A stretch of DNA of 64,000 nucleotides from Zygnema circumcarinatum SAG 698-1b (lineage: Eukaryota; Plantae; Zygnematophyceae), in assembly GCA_037447605.1 (NCBI GenBank), contig CM074804.1:1860001-1924000 (forward strand), given 5' to 3'. The notes under the pieces are model-generated. The model searched no databases, had not been told where the DNA came from, and saw only the letters and a program-made list of their open reading frames with translations. Each line of letters opens with the position of its first letter. The stretch's first letter is position 1. A program made the translations under genes and the position numbers. Of the stretch, positions 60,601-64,000 are shown one piece after another.

Positions 60601-62532
60601 AGCAGCCGTAGTTAAATCCACGTATGCTTCATCGATGGATGCTCTCTCACACTTTCCTGCCCGCTGTAATATCGCCACCACCTGCTATGCACCACCTGCT
60701 ATCCCTTATCTACTCAATATCTTGTGATATTCACTCAATACGAGCGCCTCCTTCTACCAGAAGACAGCACTTTTTCAACGGGAACCAAACATCGATTCAT
60801 GCTGAACGTGCGAACATTATTCCGCACAATCCCTAAAGTTTAGGAATTGGTCACCTGCCATTGCTCAAGTGCTCTGGCTTTGAGGTCTTTCTTTCCTCAA
60901 CTCTTCATTCAACTCTCAGGAAATTCGTATCATCAACGCAATTCAATCGAACTTATAATCACTAGAGATTTGATGGTTTTCCAGCTGCGTATGTAACCTT
61001 AAACGCAAAGAAACTGACGTTTCTTAAAATTAACATATTATTAATACATATGTATAAAAAATCAATATTGAAAAAATCAGCGCACCTCAGAGCCTGCATT
61101 ACGATATATGGTGAGGTCTGCCTTTCCATGCGCAACAGGGACTTGCACAAGTGCCACTTCCGGACACTTGTCTCGCGCCTCATTTCCACGCATACTCCTG
61201 CGCGGGTTCTCGAGCAGACCAATCAAAGAAAAGAAGAAAGGAAACAATCATTACGTTTGTTATTAACAGTGTCAGTGAAATGTCTAATCGCAGGCAAGCG
61301 ATCAAACGTCTGTTATAATCACATCAAGCACAAGGAGTTCGATGCTATAGTGATTTTCAAAGTTTCAACTTCCCCTTCCTAAGCGCTCACAGCCAGAAAG
61401 CCACTAGATACGATTAAGACAATAAAACGAGAATGACGTAGACGATGACGTTATCTTCCCCTTCCCCTGCATAGCCGCAAGTGAGAAACTTGAGGTTTGC
61501 GACTCCGTAACCATTGGAAACGCCAGAACGAGTGGCTAAGTGAAGGATAAAAAGGGATCAACGAGCATGACATACATGCATGTCTGCTTAAGTGAAAGGT
61601 TGTTACCGTGTGACGCCCATTCGGCGTGCTTCGTAGCCCACGGCTATGAGCCCGCCACCCTGCGAAAGTCCCCCCCCGTTTTCGTTAGAACCAGAAATTC
61701 AAAGCATTCATGATTCATTCGTGATTTTCGATATAAAAAACACAACATTCACGGATTTGTACTCCGTCCCCCTCCTCCTCCCTCCCCTTTGAGCCTCTCA
61801 TTCCTCCAACAACAAACGCGTACGACCTATGTATTGTATTCACACGCATATGTGCGCGCACTGCTGGGCATATTCAACCTCCGCATTACATGACCAGGGT
61901 GTTAAATGCAGTACAGTCGAGAAATGGTGTCTCGGTACACAAGAGTTTCATGCTTTTGGCAAAACAAGAACTGACATTGATTTCTTTATGCTCCTCCACA
62001 TTTCCTTTTCCAAGACAAATTTTATTTAGTTTGTACACAAGCGGTGCGCACACTCGATAAATTTAACAACAAAACAAACTGTTCGAGACACGGGCGAGCG
62101 ATTACCGCATTCATATCTTAACTGAACGGTGACTTACATTATCAAATTTTCGCATCTCAAAAAATAAATCGTTTAAAACAAATTAACTTCACATATTTCT
62201 TGTACTTAAAAACTTAAAACAAACCCCTTTTTCTACAAGTTGAATTGCTTCAACGCAGAGCTCGCACCTGCCAGGGGTTGTACTGCACCACTGCAGTGGG
62301 CCGCCCCTTCAGTTCCGGCCGCCGTCGCTGCTCAACTGAACGCTAACCCACATGGAACCACGCAATCAGTCGCCAGGAGCGCTTGCTGCCTCAATAACTG
62401 GCCTCCAAAAACTGTCCACGGAAACCAGTGAAGCAGCGCGGGGCACGGCGACTCGCCTTGCACATAGAAGCAGTCGAGGTCGAAGTGAGCGACGACGCGC
62501 GTCTGCCCCGCCTGGCCCGCGCCCCTCCGCAT
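57663..62532 (-). CDS. POLH: DNA polymerase eta (Y-family translesion polymerase)
   Basis: VAHFDLDCFYVQVEQR, AVVQYNPWQGGGLIAVGYEAR, CERASIDEAYVD, CSAGIAHNKMLAKLASG, LPKSHSSSKTF and VEHWLRELAEEL; C-terminal LPHEIQQEL and SISTFF. Intron 1 is GC-AG. Confidence 0.96.
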
Positions 62533-62851
62533 GCCGGACCCGACCCGACCTCGCCCCTCTCTCTGCTCGGAGGACTTCCCCTTCAAATGGCCACTCCGAC
62601 CCCTGTCTCTCTCCCCCTCCCTCCCTCCCTCCCGAACCGTACCGTACCGCATTCCCAGTTTCCCAGGTTCCCGCCATATGGTACCTCCGCCCCGAGGGCG
62701 GGTCGCCAATTTCCACTTGAACCCGCAAAACGGGGCTTGCACGTGTGAACGGTCGGGGCTTGCACGCGTGGGCGGGCGCAATAATATCACAGTTCGGACC
62801 AGTGGATCGGCAACCATTGGACAACCATTGGATGGCAATGGTTGGACGTCT

Positions 62852-63004
62852 ACTGGTCGGCAACCAGTCGAATGGTTGTTTCGATCCGGCGGCACTGGTT
62901 GGCAACCAGTCGACTGGTTGTGAACCAGTGGCATCCACTGGTTGGCAACCAGTCGAATGGTTGTTTCGATCCGGCAGCACTGGTTGGCAACCAGTCGAAT
63001 GGTT
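62852..63004. repeat. Palindromic tandem array (42-43 bp period, 3.6 copies) upstream of POLH
   Basis: Units start at 62852, 62894, 62937 and 62979; core ACTGGTTG-G-CAACCAGT; perfect 18-bp palindrome CAACCAGTCGACTGGTTG at 62903-62920. Confidence 0.9.
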
Positions 63005-63054
63005 ATATCCATTAAATCAAGGAAAATTCTATTCTCACACCTTTTTTGTCTACA

Positions 63055-64000
63055 CACAGACCTCTTTTCGCTGGGCAGATTTTAAAATAGACAAAAAAGG
63101 AACACACCTTTCATACCTTTTTTTTTTCACCTTTTTTTTCACATCGTTTTGGAATCGATAAACGCTACTAGTCCTGAGCGGCCGAGCGCCGTGAGACCTT
63201 TTTCTGTCGGGCAGATTTTACTCCTTATCATTTATTTTAAGGAAAAAAATATCTGCCTGCCCGAATCCGCTCGGAGCGGAAGATCCGTCGCCACGAGATC
63301 GTTCGCGGGTGGCCGTCCTTCACACGTGCAATAATTCTCCGCCGTCGATATTCACGCAGATCGCACCATGGCAGATCACCTTTCGATCAGCAGCCGGGCT
63401 CTGTCCCACGTGTCCCACCCAAGCCGGCTCCAAGGACCGTACAAAAGGCGTACGCCCGCAGCTTCGAGGAAAGTCAAAAAACGTAATAATTAAAGTTGAG
63501 TGCCTGTACCAATCACAGTTTGCCACGTCTAAAAAGAGCACGCGGCAGGTGGTGATTGGTTCAAGCTCGCAATATAAGGAATTTAGACTTTCCTCGAAGC
63601 TGTGACCGTACGAATTGTGTACGGACCTCGAGCTGCTTGGGTGGGACACGTGGGCGTGTCCCATTCGCTGGAATCGAGCCCGGCTGCCGATCGAACGGTG
63701 ATCGGCCGTGGTGTGATCTGCTCTAGAATCGACGGTGTATAGTTTCTGCACGTGTGAAGGACGGCCACCCGCGAACGATCTCGTGGCGGACGGATCTTCT
63801 GCTCCGAGTGGATTCGGGCAGGCCGATATTTTTTTCTTTGAAAAAAACAAGAAGGGATAAAATCTGCCCGATGGAGAAAGGTGTGTATCGATTTCAAAAA
63901 GGTGTGAAAAAAAAGGTGAAAAAAAAAAGGTGAGAAGGTGTGAAAGGTGTGTTCTTTTTTTGTCCTATTTTAAAATCTGCCCGGCGAAAAGAGGCCTGTG
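63055..64000. mobile_element. Fold-back element with ~420-bp imperfect inverted arms (MULE/Foldback-like, non-autonomous); right end lies outside the window
   Basis: 63055-63475 pairs with 64000-63586 (e.g. CACAGACCTCTTTTCGCTGGGCAGATTTTAAAATAG vs the reverse complement of the window end); the 110-bp spacer also partly self-pairs; no recognisable ORF. Confidence 0.85.

Noticed and set aside
62852-63004. CRISPR array
   Set aside because: Spacers are only 16-17 bp, spacers 1 and 3 are nearly identical, the context is eukaryotic and there are no cas genes.

Overview
Eukaryotic, intron-rich nuclear DNA from the green-plant lineage. The genes have clear land-plant orthologues (DEG10, ROS3, ARP7, ZIF-like MFS, plant-type CDC45 and Pol eta), but the intron style is unusual, so a streptophyte alga or similar non-seed plant is likely (inference). 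I could splice together 11 protein-coding genes by hand: UPF2 (-, 5' part only), DEG10 (+), a 92-aa unknown protein (+), ROS3/NOL8 (-), an intronless secreted trypsin-fold pseudoprotease (-), a 25-exon ABCC4-type transporter (+), CDC45 (-), a UBC8-class E2 (-), a ZIF-like MFS transporter (-), ARP7 (+) and POLH (-). I saw no rRNA, tRNA or CRISPR array. Non-genic elements are two short TIR (MITE-like) elements, a ~1 kb fold-back element cut by the window end, a palindromic tandem array, telomere-like arrays, long GA/CT tracts and two 10-N gaps. The most notable observations are: (1) the V8/Mpr-like protein with His->Gln and Ser->Ala in its triad; (2) three degenerate copies of a splice acceptor plus exon start inside a UPF2 intron, each leading to a premature stop; (3) many 3' splice sites preceded by G/purine-rich rather than pyrimidine-rich sequence; (4) 15 in-frame ATGs with an internal stop at the ROS3 start; (5) GTAC clusters in most promoters. 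All homology calls come from recognising motifs by eye. No database search or alignment was run.
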